Assembly (NCBI GenBank): GCA_964482425.1
Contig: CAYZXN010000221.1
Span: forward strand, 1-56,441
Direction of reading: 5' to 3'
Length of the DNA stretch: 56,441 bases
Origin: an uncultured Syntrophobacteraceae bacterium
Lineage (GTDB): Bacteria > Desulfobacterota > Binatia > UBA9968
The notes under the pieces are model-generated. The model was not told where the DNA came from and did not search any database. It was given only the letters and a program-made list of their open reading frames with translations. The position numbers and the translations under genes are program-made. Shown piece after piece: positions 36,807 through 46,247 of the stretch. Numbering within the stretch: the first letter of the stretch is position 1; each line of letters opens with the position of its first letter.

Positions 36807-37496
36807 ATGACGTCGGCAAACGAAGAGGAGTACTTTGCTTGTTTGAACGTTTCGCCGGCCCAGATGGATTTTCTCTGGGCTGAGGGATGGCGTCATTTCG
36901 GCATATATTTTTTCCGATACCAGACTTCGTTCCATGCCGATCAAAAGTTCTCGGTCATTCCTTTGCGGATCGATCTCGCGCGGTTTACCTTGAGCCGTAG
37001 TCAAAAACGCGTGTTGGCAAAAAACCGGGACGCGGAAATTGTGATTCGGCCGGCCTCGGTCGATGACGAGCGAAAGATTCTCTTCGAAAAACATCGAGTG
37101 CGTTTTCAGGAGAATATCCCCACATCGCTTGACGATGTGCTGTCATCCTCACCCGCTTCCATGCCTTGTCCCGCTCGCGAGCTGTGTGTCTACCTGGGCG
37201 GGCGGCTTGTCGGCGTCACCTATTTAGACATCGGGAGAAACGCCATCTCCGCTGTCTACGCTATTTTCGATCCGATCCAGGCGAGAAGGAGCTTGGGCAT
37301 TCTGATGATTTTGCATTCGCTGAAATTATCGCGGTCGCGCGGTTGCCGCTACTACTATCCGGGATACGCCTATCGAGAACCGTTTACTTACGACTACAAG
37401 AAAAGATTCCATGGCGTTGAGTACCTCGACTGGAATTCAGGCTGGCGGCCGTACGAGCCCGACAACAGTGTTCATGCTTCCGTCTCGAATTTCTAA
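36807..37496 (+). CDS. arginyl/leucyl-tRNA--protein transferase family (Bpt-like, N-end rule)
   Basis: 229 aa. Has EGWRHFGIYFFRY, SRSQKRVLAKN, AVYAIFDP and YYYPGYAY, matching the ATE/Bpt pattern as I recall it. Confidence 0.75.
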   Translation: MTSANEEEYFACLNVSPAQMDFLWAEGWRHFGIYFFRYQTSFHADQKFSVIPLRIDLARFTLSRSQKRVLAKNRDAEIVIRPASVDDERKILFEKHRVRFQENIPTSLDDVLSSSPASMPCPARELCVYLGGRLVGVTYLDIGRNAISAVYAIFDPIQARRSLGILMILHSLKLSRSRGCRYYYPGYAYREPFTYDYKKRFHGVEYLDWNSGWRPYEPDNSVHASVSNF

Positions 37497-37605
37497 AAGT
37501 CTTTGCCGATCAGCAAACCGCTGCAGAGATCCGGAATCCGTTGCGATATGGTTCATAGCCCTGTCGATCGTTCGCCACTCCACCCGCAGCCGCTTCAGCA
37601 TCAGG

Positions 37606-37635
37606 TTGACAACTTGTCTCCGGTTCGATTAGCTT
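37606..37635 (+). promoter_or_regulatory. candidate sigma70-type promoter for the VOC gene
   Basis: TTGACA at 37606-37611, then a 17-18 nt spacer, then TTAGCT/TAGCTT at 37629-37635. It lies about 30 nt upstream of ATG 37666. Confidence 0.35.
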
Positions 37636-37665
37636 AGGCCATCTTGACCGGTAAAGGAGCCTGCT

Positions 37666-38469
37666 ATGTTTGCACAGATGAAACACATGGCCATCGTTAG
37701 TAGCAACTGTAATGAGGAAGGCGATTTCTACCGTGACATCTTCGGGCTCAAACGCTCCGGTCTCGCGCGTGCAGGGGGCGCGGTGGTTGTGCGCGACGGT
37801 TATGTTGGACTGAACCTCAACCCGCGCGCCCCGGGGCGCCAGGCCGGATTTGATCACTTTGGCTTCGAAGTCGAGGACGTCGAAAAAGTCTTCTCCCGAT
37901 TAGAAGAGAATTATCCGAAGATTAAAGTTCTGAAGCGTCCGGGCAATCGTCCCTTCGCCGGCATCAGTCTGCATGACCCTGCAGGCAATGTTTTCGATCT
38001 CTCTCAGAAGGGGATGGAAAATCGCCGCGATCTTTACACCGAAGGTGACCAGGAACAACCCCGGCGTGTGAGCCATATCGCCTTGCGCGTTCTAGAGCCG
38101 GATATGATCGCCGAATTCTACCGCAACGTTTTTGAGCTAACCGAATTGGAAAAGCCTTCCGGCGATCCCAACCACTACCTCTCCGATGGCCGGGTAACGC
38201 TAGCCATCCTCCCCTGGCAGATCACCGATTACGAGGGCTCCGGCATAGAGCGGCCAGCGCTGGATCATATAGGATTCAAAGTCGAAAGCATGTCAGCCTT
38301 CAAAGCCGATCTGGAGAAGTACACCGCCGCCCATTCGACCGTCACCGATGACCGCCCGGAGAAAAATCCCGAGCGAGAAGTCAGACGAAAATTATTCGCC
38401 AAGTGCTGCTTCGGACAGTTTCAAATGTCCGATCCCGATGGCGTTTTGATCGATGTTTCCGAGAAGTAG
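37666..38469 (+). CDS. two-domain VOC family protein (glyoxalase/dioxygenase-like)
   Basis: 267 aa with two repeats of the VOC module (MKHMAIVS...FDHFGFEVED and VSHIALRV...LDHIGFKVES). Confidence 0.8.
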   Translation: MFAQMKHMAIVSSNCNEEGDFYRDIFGLKRSGLARAGGAVVVRDGYVGLNLNPRAPGRQAGFDHFGFEVEDVEKVFSRLEENYPKIKVLKRPGNRPFAGISLHDPAGNVFDLSQKGMENRRDLYTEGDQEQPRRVSHIALRVLEPDMIAEFYRNVFELTELEKPSGDPNHYLSDGRVTLAILPWQITDYEGSGIERPALDHIGFKVESMSAFKADLEKYTAAHSTVTDDRPEKNPEREVRRKLFAKCCFGQFQMSDPDGVLIDVSEK

Positions 38470-38495
38470 CTTTCAATCCTACATGCTTTGAGCGG

Positions 38496-39488
38496 TCATG
38501 ATGGAGTTGCCCTGCGGCGGCTCCATCGACCCGCACCCAAACCGACCGCTATCGCGCCAAGGAACAATCCCAGCGCCGGCACCATCGCCGATAATGGCGG
38601 CTCGCCTCCGGACACGGCCACAACCTGTTCAGCTCGAACCCGTTGACCGTCCGGCAGTTCAGCGGTTGCCACGACGCGATGCTCGGCACCGTCCGCAAAT
38701 TGAAACTTCATGGAGTACTCCCCCTCGACGAACATCCGCTCGATGGCGAACACCGCTTTTCTCTTTTCGACGTGAATTATCATAATCGATAAGAGCGCGC
38801 CACGTTTTGCGCGTGCCCTACCCCCCAGCATTGTCCAGCGAACCCCGGCCGGTTTTCCAACCGCCGGCACATCGACTTCCAAACGCCCAACGGTCGTATC
38901 ATCAGCCGCAATCTCGGCGCCAATCGATTCGGTCGTTACTAACGAGATCGCAACGGCGAGCAAAAGAGCTCCATGAGCCTTGCGCGGCGCTCGTGTAAAA
39001 ATCCTGCCAGCGACAAAGCCCAAAACCAACAACCCGGCCGTGAAACTAGTCAGAACCAGCCATTTGTCCCTGTGTTCACGAATCCGGAGACCGAAGGTTT
39101 TACTCGTTTTTGTTCCATCCAGCGTCAGCACGTCAACAAACAATTGATACTCGCCTCTGATAGGGAACAGATATTTCCATTCCGCTTTTCCCGCCTTAAG
39201 CGGTATGCGCATATCGAGGAGTCGGGTCCCTTCGATCAGCGGAAAATCAGTCGAAAATAGGCGGGCCGGCGGCGCGTCGAGACGAACTTCTAGCCAGGCT
39301 ACGGCGAGCGGCTTACCGTTGGCTTCCGTGACCAGAAGTGAAAGCGTCGCCGGTTCCGAAAACGGCCGCAACTGTGCCGTAAGCGGCGACGCTTTGAAAT
39401 ATATGTTGAGATTTTCGGCCGATACTGTGGGAATGAGGATCAGGCAAACGAGAAAAAACCCGGGTGCGCAGAAATAATTTAGTGACAA
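38496..39488 (-). CDS. exported, membrane-anchored two-domain protein of unknown family, coupled to cbtB
   Basis: Proposed TTG start at 39488 overlaps the cbtB stop (TTGTCACTAA). Signal peptide FFLVCLILIPTVSA. Two beta-rich segments, each followed by hydrophobic helices. The start is uncertain because there is no SD. Confidence 0.55.
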   Translation of the reverse strand: MSLNYFCAPGFFLVCLILIPTVSAENLNIYFKASPLTAQLRPFSEPATLSLLVTEANGKPLAVAWLEVRLDAPPARLFSTDFPLIEGTRLLDMRIPLKAGKAEWKYLFPIRGEYQLFVDVLTLDGTKTSKTFGLRIREHRDKWLVLTSFTAGLLVLGFVAGRIFTRAPRKAHGALLLAVAISLVTTESIGAEIAADDTTVGRLEVDVPAVGKPAGVRWTMLGGRARAKRGALLSIMIIHVEKRKAVFAIERMFVEGEYSMKFQFADGAEHRVVATAELPDGQRVRAEQVVAVSGGEPPLSAMVPALGLFLGAIAVGLGAGRWSRRRATPS

Positions 39489-39667
39489 GGAACTACGGCT
39501 AACGCATGACGGAAGTTGTGCATCGTGTCGTGGACCGTCGGATAATGTGCGGCAAGGGCCAGCCAAAGAATGGTGCCCGACAACAACATCAACATGCTTG
39601 ATTTGAAAAAGAACGAAAGCGGCTCCGGCAGCGCCAACCCCAACTTTACAGCAGTTACTTTTTCCAT
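39479..39667 (-). CDS. cbtB: CbtB-like small membrane protein (cobalt transporter subunit family)
   Basis: 62 aa with one TM helix and the C-terminus VHDTMHNFRHALAVVPCH, matching the CbtB HD.RH...PCH tail. GGGAGAG lies upstream. Confidence 0.7.
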   Translation of the reverse strand: MEKVTAVKLGLALPEPLSFFFKSSMLMLLSGTILWLALAAHYPTVHDTMHNFRHALAVVPCH

Positions 39668-39814
39668 CTTTGACTCTCTCCCGTTAAAGCTGACGGTATT
39701 CTCATACTATCGGCTCGACGCTGTCAAGCACTGGCTTGTAAGGAAATAATGCACCATATAAGATCCGCAGAAACTCACGTCGCCGAAAATCGGTGGCAGG
39801 GATCCGGAGCATGC

Positions 39815-40831
39815 ATGCATTTTGGCGTATTTGACCATCTGGACCGCAACGACTTACCTTTAAGCCAGTATTACGAGGAACGCCTCCAATTAGTCGAGGC
39901 ATATGATCGAGCAGGATTTTACTCCTACCATCTCGCCGAGCATCATTCGACGCCACTCGGAATGGCCCCATCACCGAGTGTTTTCCTCTCGGCTGTCGCG
40001 CAACGCACCAGGCGCCTTCGATTCGGCCCTCTTGTATATGCGTTGCCGCTCTATCACCCGATTCGTTTGATCGAAGAGATCTGCATGCTCGATCAGATGA
40101 GCGGCGGCCGACTCGACATCGGTTTCGGACGAGGAGCTTCGCAAATAGAGGCAGCTATGTACGGCAACGATCCAGCCAAGGCCGAGCTCATGTACGTGGA
40201 AGGACTCGACCTCATCATGCGCGGGCTAATGCACAAGACGCTGAGTTTTCGCGGCGAATTCTATTCCTTTAACGAAGTGCCCATGGAGCTTGAACCTCTG
40301 CAAAAACCTCACCCGCCGGTCTGGTACGGTGTTCACTCACCGGCCAGCGCCGAGCGCGCGGCGCGTCAGGGACTTCATATCGTCAGTCTCGATCCCGCCG
40401 ATAAAACCCGCACCTTTACCGATCGGTATCGCGCCGTCCGGTGCGCTACAGCAAACAAAAATGAGGCCGAGCCGATGCTTGGCCTCGGCCGTTTCATTGT
40501 CGTCGCCGATAGCGATAGCGAGGCTGTCAAGATCGCCCGCCGAGCGTATCCGCGATGGCACCGCAGCTTTAACTATCTCTTCCATCTGCGCGGCGGCAAA
40601 GGTCCCGTCCATCAGAGACCGCCCGATCTGGAGACCCTGGTCAATATCGGCCAGGGCATTGCAGGCAGTCCAGAAACCGTCTCTGGATTTTTAAACACCC
40701 AGATAACGGAATCCGGCGCCAATTATCTGGTCGGTCAATTTGCTTTCGGCGATCTCTCTCTCGCCGAGACACTCCGCTCATTGGAGCTGTTCACCCAACG
40801 AGTTATGCCTGCATTGCGCGGCATTCAATGA
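39815..40831 (+). CDS. LLM-class (luciferase-like) flavin-dependent oxidoreductase
   Basis: MHFGVFDHLD...YHLAEHH...GGRLDIGFGRG is typical. ATG 39815 follows GGAG. The tracked ORF starts 66 nt further upstream. Confidence 0.85.
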   Translation: MHFGVFDHLDRNDLPLSQYYEERLQLVEAYDRAGFYSYHLAEHHSTPLGMAPSPSVFLSAVAQRTRRLRFGPLVYALPLYHPIRLIEEICMLDQMSGGRLDIGFGRGASQIEAAMYGNDPAKAELMYVEGLDLIMRGLMHKTLSFRGEFYSFNEVPMELEPLQKPHPPVWYGVHSPASAERAARQGLHIVSLDPADKTRTFTDRYRAVRCATANKNEAEPMLGLGRFIVVADSDSEAVKIARRAYPRWHRSFNYLFHLRGGKGPVHQRPPDLETLVNIGQGIAGSPETVSGFLNTQITESGANYLVGQFAFGDLSLAETLRSLELFTQRVMPALRGIQ

Positions 40832-40934
40832 GACACGAGCATCATCGCACCGCCGCTGACAGAACACCGGCAATCACCGCGCAAGAATGTTTATACTCCG
40901 ATATTCGAAATCATAAGCCCGTAATTCTGAATGG

Positions 40935-41603
40935 TTACTTCAAGTTTTTCTCGAAGAACTGGGTTGTGCGCTGCCAGGCGAGATCGGCTGCCTCCTTATT
41001 GTAGTTTTGGCCTTTCTCATTGCCGAAGGCATGACCGGCATCGTACCAATATGATTCGAATGGAACTTTAGCTTCCTTCAACTTGCCTTCCAGCGCGCGC
41101 GCCGCTTCGGGTTTAAAAGACGCATCTTTTTCAGCCATGTGAAGCTGCAAAGAGATTTTGATCTTGGTGACGTCCGCGGCTCCTTCCGGAGGAAAGCCAT
41201 ACCATGAAGAGGCTGCGTCGGCTTCGTCGACGAAGACAGCCGCTAAAACCGTCAACGCGCCGCCCATGCAAAAACCGACGACGCCTAGCTTTTTGCTCGA
41301 TTGCTTCAGGTATTGGGCTGCGCCCCGAATGTCTTGGCCGGCTGCGTCGGCGAAGTTGAGGTTCGTCATCATATGCTGCGCTTCGGCGGCATCCAGAGTC
41401 ACTTTACCTTTGTACAGGTCGGGAACGAGAGCACGATAACCTAACGCCGCCCATCGATCGGCGACGCCTTTAATCTGATCGTTAAGCCCCCACCACTCCT
41501 GAATAACAACCATACCCGGCGCGGTATCGCTGCCCGCCGGAGCGGCAAGGTAGCCGTTGCATTCGCTGCCGTCGGGCCGCTTGAACGTAATCGTTTGTCC
41601 CAT
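40935..41603 (-). CDS. dienelactone hydrolase family protein
   Basis: 222 aa. Has VVIQEWWGL, the nucleophile elbow GFCMGG, and a C-terminal HAF. Confidence 0.85.
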   Translation of the reverse strand: MGQTITFKRPDGSECNGYLAAPAGSDTAPGMVVIQEWWGLNDQIKGVADRWAALGYRALVPDLYKGKVTLDAAEAQHMMTNLNFADAAGQDIRGAAQYLKQSSKKLGVVGFCMGGALTVLAAVFVDEADAASSWYGFPPEGAADVTKIKISLQLHMAEKDASFKPEAARALEGKLKEAKVPFESYWYDAGHAFGNEKGQNYNKEAADLAWQRTTQFFEKNLK

Positions 41604-41735
41604 GAGTGCCTCCTCAGTTCGAATTCTTTTTGGTTACCTATCAGAGCAAATGCCGAAGTCAATGCGCGCTCTATTATCTATGCCCTGCGATCGTGCTATT
41701 TTGAAAAAATGAAAGCGCCGACTGTCGGGGAGCCG

Positions 41736-42221
41736 ATGCTAAAAATATTTTTGGCTGGACTTTTCCTGGCTTCTTGTTCAGGCATCCCAGCCGTATCAAC
41801 GGCGCAGGATGCCGTTTATGACATTCAGCAAGAACAAACGGAGAGCCGCCAGCAGCAACGTTTCGATCAGTTGCGGCGTGAGGAACAAATCCAACGGCTG
41901 CAGCGGGAGCAGAAAGACAGCCAGCAACAGCAGCAGCTTGATCAAATTCAGCGTCAAGTCCCCACAGAGTCCCAGCACAAGCAACAAGGGCATGACATCC
42001 AGCGGCAACTGGAGCAAAACCGGCTCGATCAGCAACTCAATCGGCTGCAGACCGAAGCGCAGATAGAGCGAATCCAACGCGAGCGCGATCAACTACGGCG
42101 GCAGCAAGGTATCGATCAACTCCAACGACAACAACAAATCGACAATCTCCGAGATCAGATACGCAGGAATCAAGTCCAGCAGGACCTGGACCGACTACGA
42201 CAGCAACAATTCGAACGGTAG
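41736..42221 (+). CDS. Gln/Arg/Asp-rich repetitive coiled-coil lipoprotein
   Basis: ATG 41736 follows GGGGAG. Lipobox LFLASC. The mature part is dominated by D-Q/N-[LI]-[QR]-R type motifs (FDQLRR, LDQIQR, RDQLRR, IDQLQR, IDNLRD, LDRLRQ). Confidence 0.6.
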   Translation: MLKIFLAGLFLASCSGIPAVSTAQDAVYDIQQEQTESRQQQRFDQLRREEQIQRLQREQKDSQQQQQLDQIQRQVPTESQHKQQGHDIQRQLEQNRLDQQLNRLQTEAQIERIQRERDQLRRQQGIDQLQRQQQIDNLRDQIRRNQVQQDLDRLRQQQFER

Positions 42222-42444
42222 AATGTCCTTCATGGCTTAACTGCTTCGATAGCTCAACCCCTTATCGCCACTTTCCGGTAGCGCAGCATATGTCAGTCGA
42301 TCCGAGACGGACGCACCTCTGTATAATCACAGCATTTCGATATGAAGACTTGTACACGCCGGCCAGTTGACGGGACGAAAACCCTGTGATAGCCGCAAGA
42401 CGAAACTTCAACAGGCTTGACGCAATCGGCCAGAGGAGGATGTT

Positions 42445-42633
42445 ATGCCGGTGGTACAGATCTACATGTATAGCGGAAAGAGGAAAAAACAAAAAAACGA
42501 GCTGGTAAAAAGAATCTCCGCTGATTTTGAAGAAGTAACCGGCATCAAGTTGGAGTCTCTCAATATTCTGTTTCATGAGATTGAGAAACAGAACTGGGGT
42601 AGTCGCGGTAATCTGGCGTCGGAACGCCGCTAA
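42445..42633 (+). CDS. 4-oxalocrotonate tautomerase family protein
   Basis: 62 aa. N-terminal MPVVQIYM (catalytic Pro1 after Met removal), with size and pattern typical of the family. Confidence 0.8.
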   Translation: MPVVQIYMYSGKRKKQKNELVKRISADFEEVTGIKLESLNILFHEIEKQNWGSRGNLASERR

Positions 42634-42716
42634 AGTAAGATACTCCTCTACCCGCTGACGCGATTCGCTTGAGCGTCCGTCCCATCGAATACCTTTATAG
42701 AAATTAGGAGGCGTGC

Positions 42717-43547
42717 ATGGAAAAGATCGGTTTTGTCGGCACGGGAGCGATGGGCAGCGCATTGCTGTCGCGCCTGAAGATCGCCGGGGTGCCCTCGACG
42801 GCATTCGACATCACGCCAAAGGCGCTCGAGGAAGCCCAGGCATTAGGCGCCCAGCCCATGATCTCCGCCAAAGCCGTGGCGGAAGCATCGACTCTCATTG
42901 ACGTGGTCGTCCGCACGGACCGGGAAGTGCTCGATTGCACACTGGGCGAAAACGGCATCTTCGAGGGCGCCTCGCCTGGCACTCTGGTGCTATTGCACAG
43001 CACCATTCGGCCGACGACAACCAGGAAGGTTGCTGAAGCCGCGGCGGATAAGCGTGTCTATGTCATTGACGCTTGCATGACTGCAGTTCCCTCGGTCGTG
43101 CGACAGGGAGGCCTGACCTTTCTCGTCGGGGGACAAAAAGCTTTGTTCCAGCGTGCCCAGCCGCATCTGCTCAAGATGGGCAAAGATGCCTTTTACATGG
43201 GACGGTTAGGATCCGGCAACGTTACAAAGCTGATTAAGAACCTGGTCACCGCTTCTGAAGCATTGATCGTGTATGAAGCGATGCAAATCGCCAAAGCGGC
43301 TGGTATCGATTACCGTGTATCGTTAGATTTGTTGAAGAAGACCCAATCGGAGCCGTTCCTGAATCGCTGGGAGACGAGATTTGACCTATCCGAGCCTGAG
43401 CTCAGATTTGCTTCAGGTTCAAATCTTTACGACAAAGACGTTCCGCTCGCAGCAGAAGTCGGTAGGGCCTTGGGAGCGGAAATTCCGATCACCGAAGAAA
43501 TGGCCAAGCTAGGGGTTCGTTTGAGCGGCGGCAAGTGCAGTACATAG
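42717..43547 (+). CDS. NAD(P)-dependent oxidoreductase, 3-hydroxyisobutyrate dehydrogenase-like
   Basis: IGFVGTGAMGSAL Rossmann motif, plus GSGNVTKLIKN, typical of the HIBADH/6PGDH NAD-binding family. Confidence 0.85.
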   Translation: MEKIGFVGTGAMGSALLSRLKIAGVPSTAFDITPKALEEAQALGAQPMISAKAVAEASTLIDVVVRTDREVLDCTLGENGIFEGASPGTLVLLHSTIRPTTTRKVAEAAADKRVYVIDACMTAVPSVVRQGGLTFLVGGQKALFQRAQPHLLKMGKDAFYMGRLGSGNVTKLIKNLVTASEALIVYEAMQIAKAAGIDYRVSLDLLKKTQSEPFLNRWETRFDLSEPELRFASGSNLYDKDVPLAAEVGRALGAEIPITEEMAKLGVRLSGGKCST

Positions 43548-43600
43548 GACCCTGCAAGCTCGTTGGGTCGCGCAACAACTTCAAAGAATCAAAAAACAGT

Positions 43601-44459
43601 ATGACAACGAAATCGAGCAGCGGATCCATGACAGCGAACCCGCGTGCAGATCAAAGCCAAACGCAAGAAGCACCGTTCAGTAGTCGATCATTGAGCCGCG
43701 CAATCGGCGGCAGAATACTGCCGCCGGTGCTCGCCTTGGCGAGCGTACTGGGCGTGTGGTGGGCGCTTTATCTGATTTTCCCACGCTTTTGCCAGGTCCG
43801 CTAAGCACATTTCATGAAGCTGTGCAGCTACTCTCGGACGGAACTTTCTTCTTTCACATGCTACAAAGCCTGCGCCGCGTCTTTGTCGGCGCCGCGGTGG
43901 CGATGATTTTTTAGCGTCGCTGTCGGCATATACATGGGAACGGTTCTGATGGGAGAACGTTTTTTCCAACCACTGGTAGTTTTGGGACTCACAATTCCGG
44001 GCTTGATGTGGGCGCTTATCTCCGTAATGCTGTTCGGTATCAATGAAATCGCGTCTCATTTTGCGGTGGCTGTCACGACCTTTCCGATGTTGGTCATCAA
44101 TATCTGGGCCGGCGTAAAGGCATTGGACAAAGAATTGATCGATATGAGTCATGTCTTTCGCTTCAGCGCGTGGATGAAAAATCCCAAGTTATCATTCCCA
44201 GTACCAATATCTTTGCCGCCACACGCTAATAGCCTTGGCCTGGCGTGGAAAGTGGTCGTGGTCGTGGAAATGTTCGGCACCAGTAATGGCGTCGGTTACC
44301 AAGTCATGAAGTCCTACCAGATTTTTTAATATGGAAGGCGTAATCGCCTGGACGCTGACCTTTGTCGCCGCCATGATAGTCATCGAATACTGCCTGATCG
44401 ATCTCGCAGAGCGCCGCCTCACCGCATGGCGTCCGAAGGTGGATGTTTGGAGACGCTAA
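43601..44459 (+). pseudogene. NitT/TauT-type ABC transporter permease, multiply frameshifted
   Basis: Homologous reading needs frame changes at the T-run near 43787-43790 (FPRF/LPGPLS), T6 at 43907-43912 (MIF/SVAVGIYMG), about 44170 and about 44228 (VIIPSTNIFAATR lies out of frame), and T6 at 44322-44327 (QIF/NMEGVIAWTL...RRLTAWRPKV). Confidence 0.75.
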
Positions 44460-45160
44460 GTGGCTCGCTTAGTCGTTCATAATATACAAAAGTGGTTTCG
44501 CCGTGAAGACGGCCAACCATTGAAAATATTGGATCGTCTCTCCTTCGAAGCCCGCGAGGGCTGTGTTACGGTCGTCGTCGGTCCTTCGGGGTGCGGCAAA
44601 TCTACGCTGTTAAACGCCATTGTCGGGCTTGAAAGTGTCGACAGCGGTGAACTGACCTTCCTCAATGAAGACGTCCTTTTACAGCGCCAGCCGCTGATCG
44701 GTTATGTCTTTCAGAGCCCGAGATTGCTGCCATGGAAGACTGTTGGCGATAATATCCGGCTGGCTCTTCAAGGCGCTGGAGTAGATCGGCGCCACTGGCA
44801 GGAACGAGTCGAGCGATACCTCGACTTGGTAGGGCTCAAAGAATACGCCGGGTCAATATCCGCTTTAACTTTCCGGAGGGCAACGTCAGCGAATCGGACT
44901 GGCGCGGGCGCTGGCCATCGAATCTGATCTGGTGCTGATTTGTGCGAGCAACTGTGCCGCACTGTTATCTTTGTCACTCACAACCTTCCCGAAGCCTCTT
45001 ACATGAGCGATTACCTGGTGACGCTCACCGAACGTCCGGCCAAAATGTCGGAGTACGTACTGAACCCGCTGCCCGTGCCGCGAACTGGACTCCAGAGGTA
45101 TATCGATTTGCCGCTGAGTTGGAAGCCAAACTTACGTTCAAGGAGGAGAGCGATTTATGA
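44460..45160 (+). pseudogene. ABC transporter ATP-binding protein, decayed (frameshifts, nonsense codon, Walker B deleted)
   Basis: Walker A GPSGCGKST is intact. The signature LSGGQRQRIGLARALA is out of frame and preceded by TAA (YPL*LSGG). The sequence jumps from ESDLVL to CEQLCRTVIFVTHN with the DEP Walker B/D-loop missing. A further shift precedes NWTPEVYRFAAELEAKL. Confidence 0.8.
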
Positions 45161-46128
45161 AAATCAGAATACTTATAAGCATCATTGCCATGGTTTTCGT
45201 GCTGGACGCTTTTACAAAGCGTCCAAGAGAAGCCCAGTCGCTTCAGACAGTCAACATCGCAACTGCTGCCGCCGGGCAATCCGGCTACATCGCGGCCTTG
45301 ATCGATGCCAAAGGGCTCGCCGCGAAACACGGCATCAAAATCAATAATTTAATGATGGACTTCACCGAGGCCGCCAATGCCGTCAGGTTGGGACGCGCAA
45401 CCGCCAGCGCGATGCAACCCAGCACTGCCGTCAATCTCCTCAGGAGCGGAACCGACATACGGCTGATAACGCCGCAGATCTGGTCAGGCAACTCATGGAT
45501 CGTCAAAAAAGACGCGCCGTACAAGTCACTCATGGATCTCAAGGGCAAAAAAGTAGGAAACTTTGCAAGAGTTACGGGAGCTTACTTCTTTTCAGCGGTG
45601 ATCGCCAAAGAGAAAAAACTGGATATAGAGAAAAGCTTCCAGAACATTCCAGCAGAAACCGGCGCTCTCATTGCGCTATTGGAACGAGGCGAGGTGGAAG
45701 CGATTAACATGTTCGAGCCGCACACAACGAGACTGGTTCTGTCGGGAAAATACCGCGTACTGCTGGACTTCGACAGCGAGCTCGAAAAGTTGTTTGGCGC
45801 GCCACCGCTCAAGTCGACGGTGGGTATGCTTAAAGACACCGTGGAAAAGCAGCCGGCGCTAGTGAAGGGCATTCGCGGCGCTTATGTCGATGCCGTTAAG
45901 ATGATTAAAGCAGGACAAGATAAAGATTTTTTTAAAGCCAAAGCGAAAGAGTTTTTCAATCTCAGCTCGCCTGAGGAAATTGCCGCCGGTATGAAAAAGA
46001 ATCAGGAAAATTTTGCCGACCTTTGGGGCGATGATTTCTTCGAAACCCAGAACAAAATTCTGCAATCGGGAATATCCCTAGGACTGCTACCGAAGGTTAA
46101 CAACTTGAACCAACTCTGGGTCCGATGA
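45157..46128 (+). CDS. NMT1/THI5-like ABC substrate-binding protein (intact)
   Basis: 323 aa. Signal peptide ILISIIAMVFVLDAF, and DLKGKKVGN. Its ATG overlaps the ATPase stop (ATGA). Confidence 0.8.
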   Translation: MKIRILISIIAMVFVLDAFTKRPREAQSLQTVNIATAAAGQSGYIAALIDAKGLAAKHGIKINNLMMDFTEAANAVRLGRATASAMQPSTAVNLLRSGTDIRLITPQIWSGNSWIVKKDAPYKSLMDLKGKKVGNFARVTGAYFFSAVIAKEKKLDIEKSFQNIPAETGALIALLERGEVEAINMFEPHTTRLVLSGKYRVLLDFDSELEKLFGAPPLKSTVGMLKDTVEKQPALVKGIRGAYVDAVKMIKAGQDKDFFKAKAKEFFNLSSPEEIAAGMKKNQENFADLWGDDFFETQNKILQSGISLGLLPKVNNLNQLWVR

Positions 46129-46154
46129 GAAGGACTGGTACAGTTAGTTTTGAT

Positions 46155-46188
46155 CCCGAGGAGTTTGTGGATAGCAACAAAACTCGGG
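46155..46188. terminator. hairpin between convergent genes (possible bidirectional terminator)
   Basis: CCCGAGGAGTTTGT-ggatagca-ACAAAACTCGGG, with one bulge. Confidence 0.5.
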
Positions 46189-46247
46189 TCTCATGACTGG
46201 ACTCGCAGGAGAGGCCATCGATGATCAATTGGATTGCTATTCCCTGT

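Noticed and set aside
42262-42804. 180-aa minus-strand ORF
   Set aside because: It overlaps the 4-OT gene and the start of the dehydrogenase gene. It has no motifs and poor composition.
43785-44330. Homopolymer frameshifts read as pure sequencing error
   Set aside because: Not adopted as the main explanation. The adjacent ATPase gene also carries a nonsense codon and a multi-codon deletion, and long neighbouring genes are intact. It remains a caveat that only read data can resolve.
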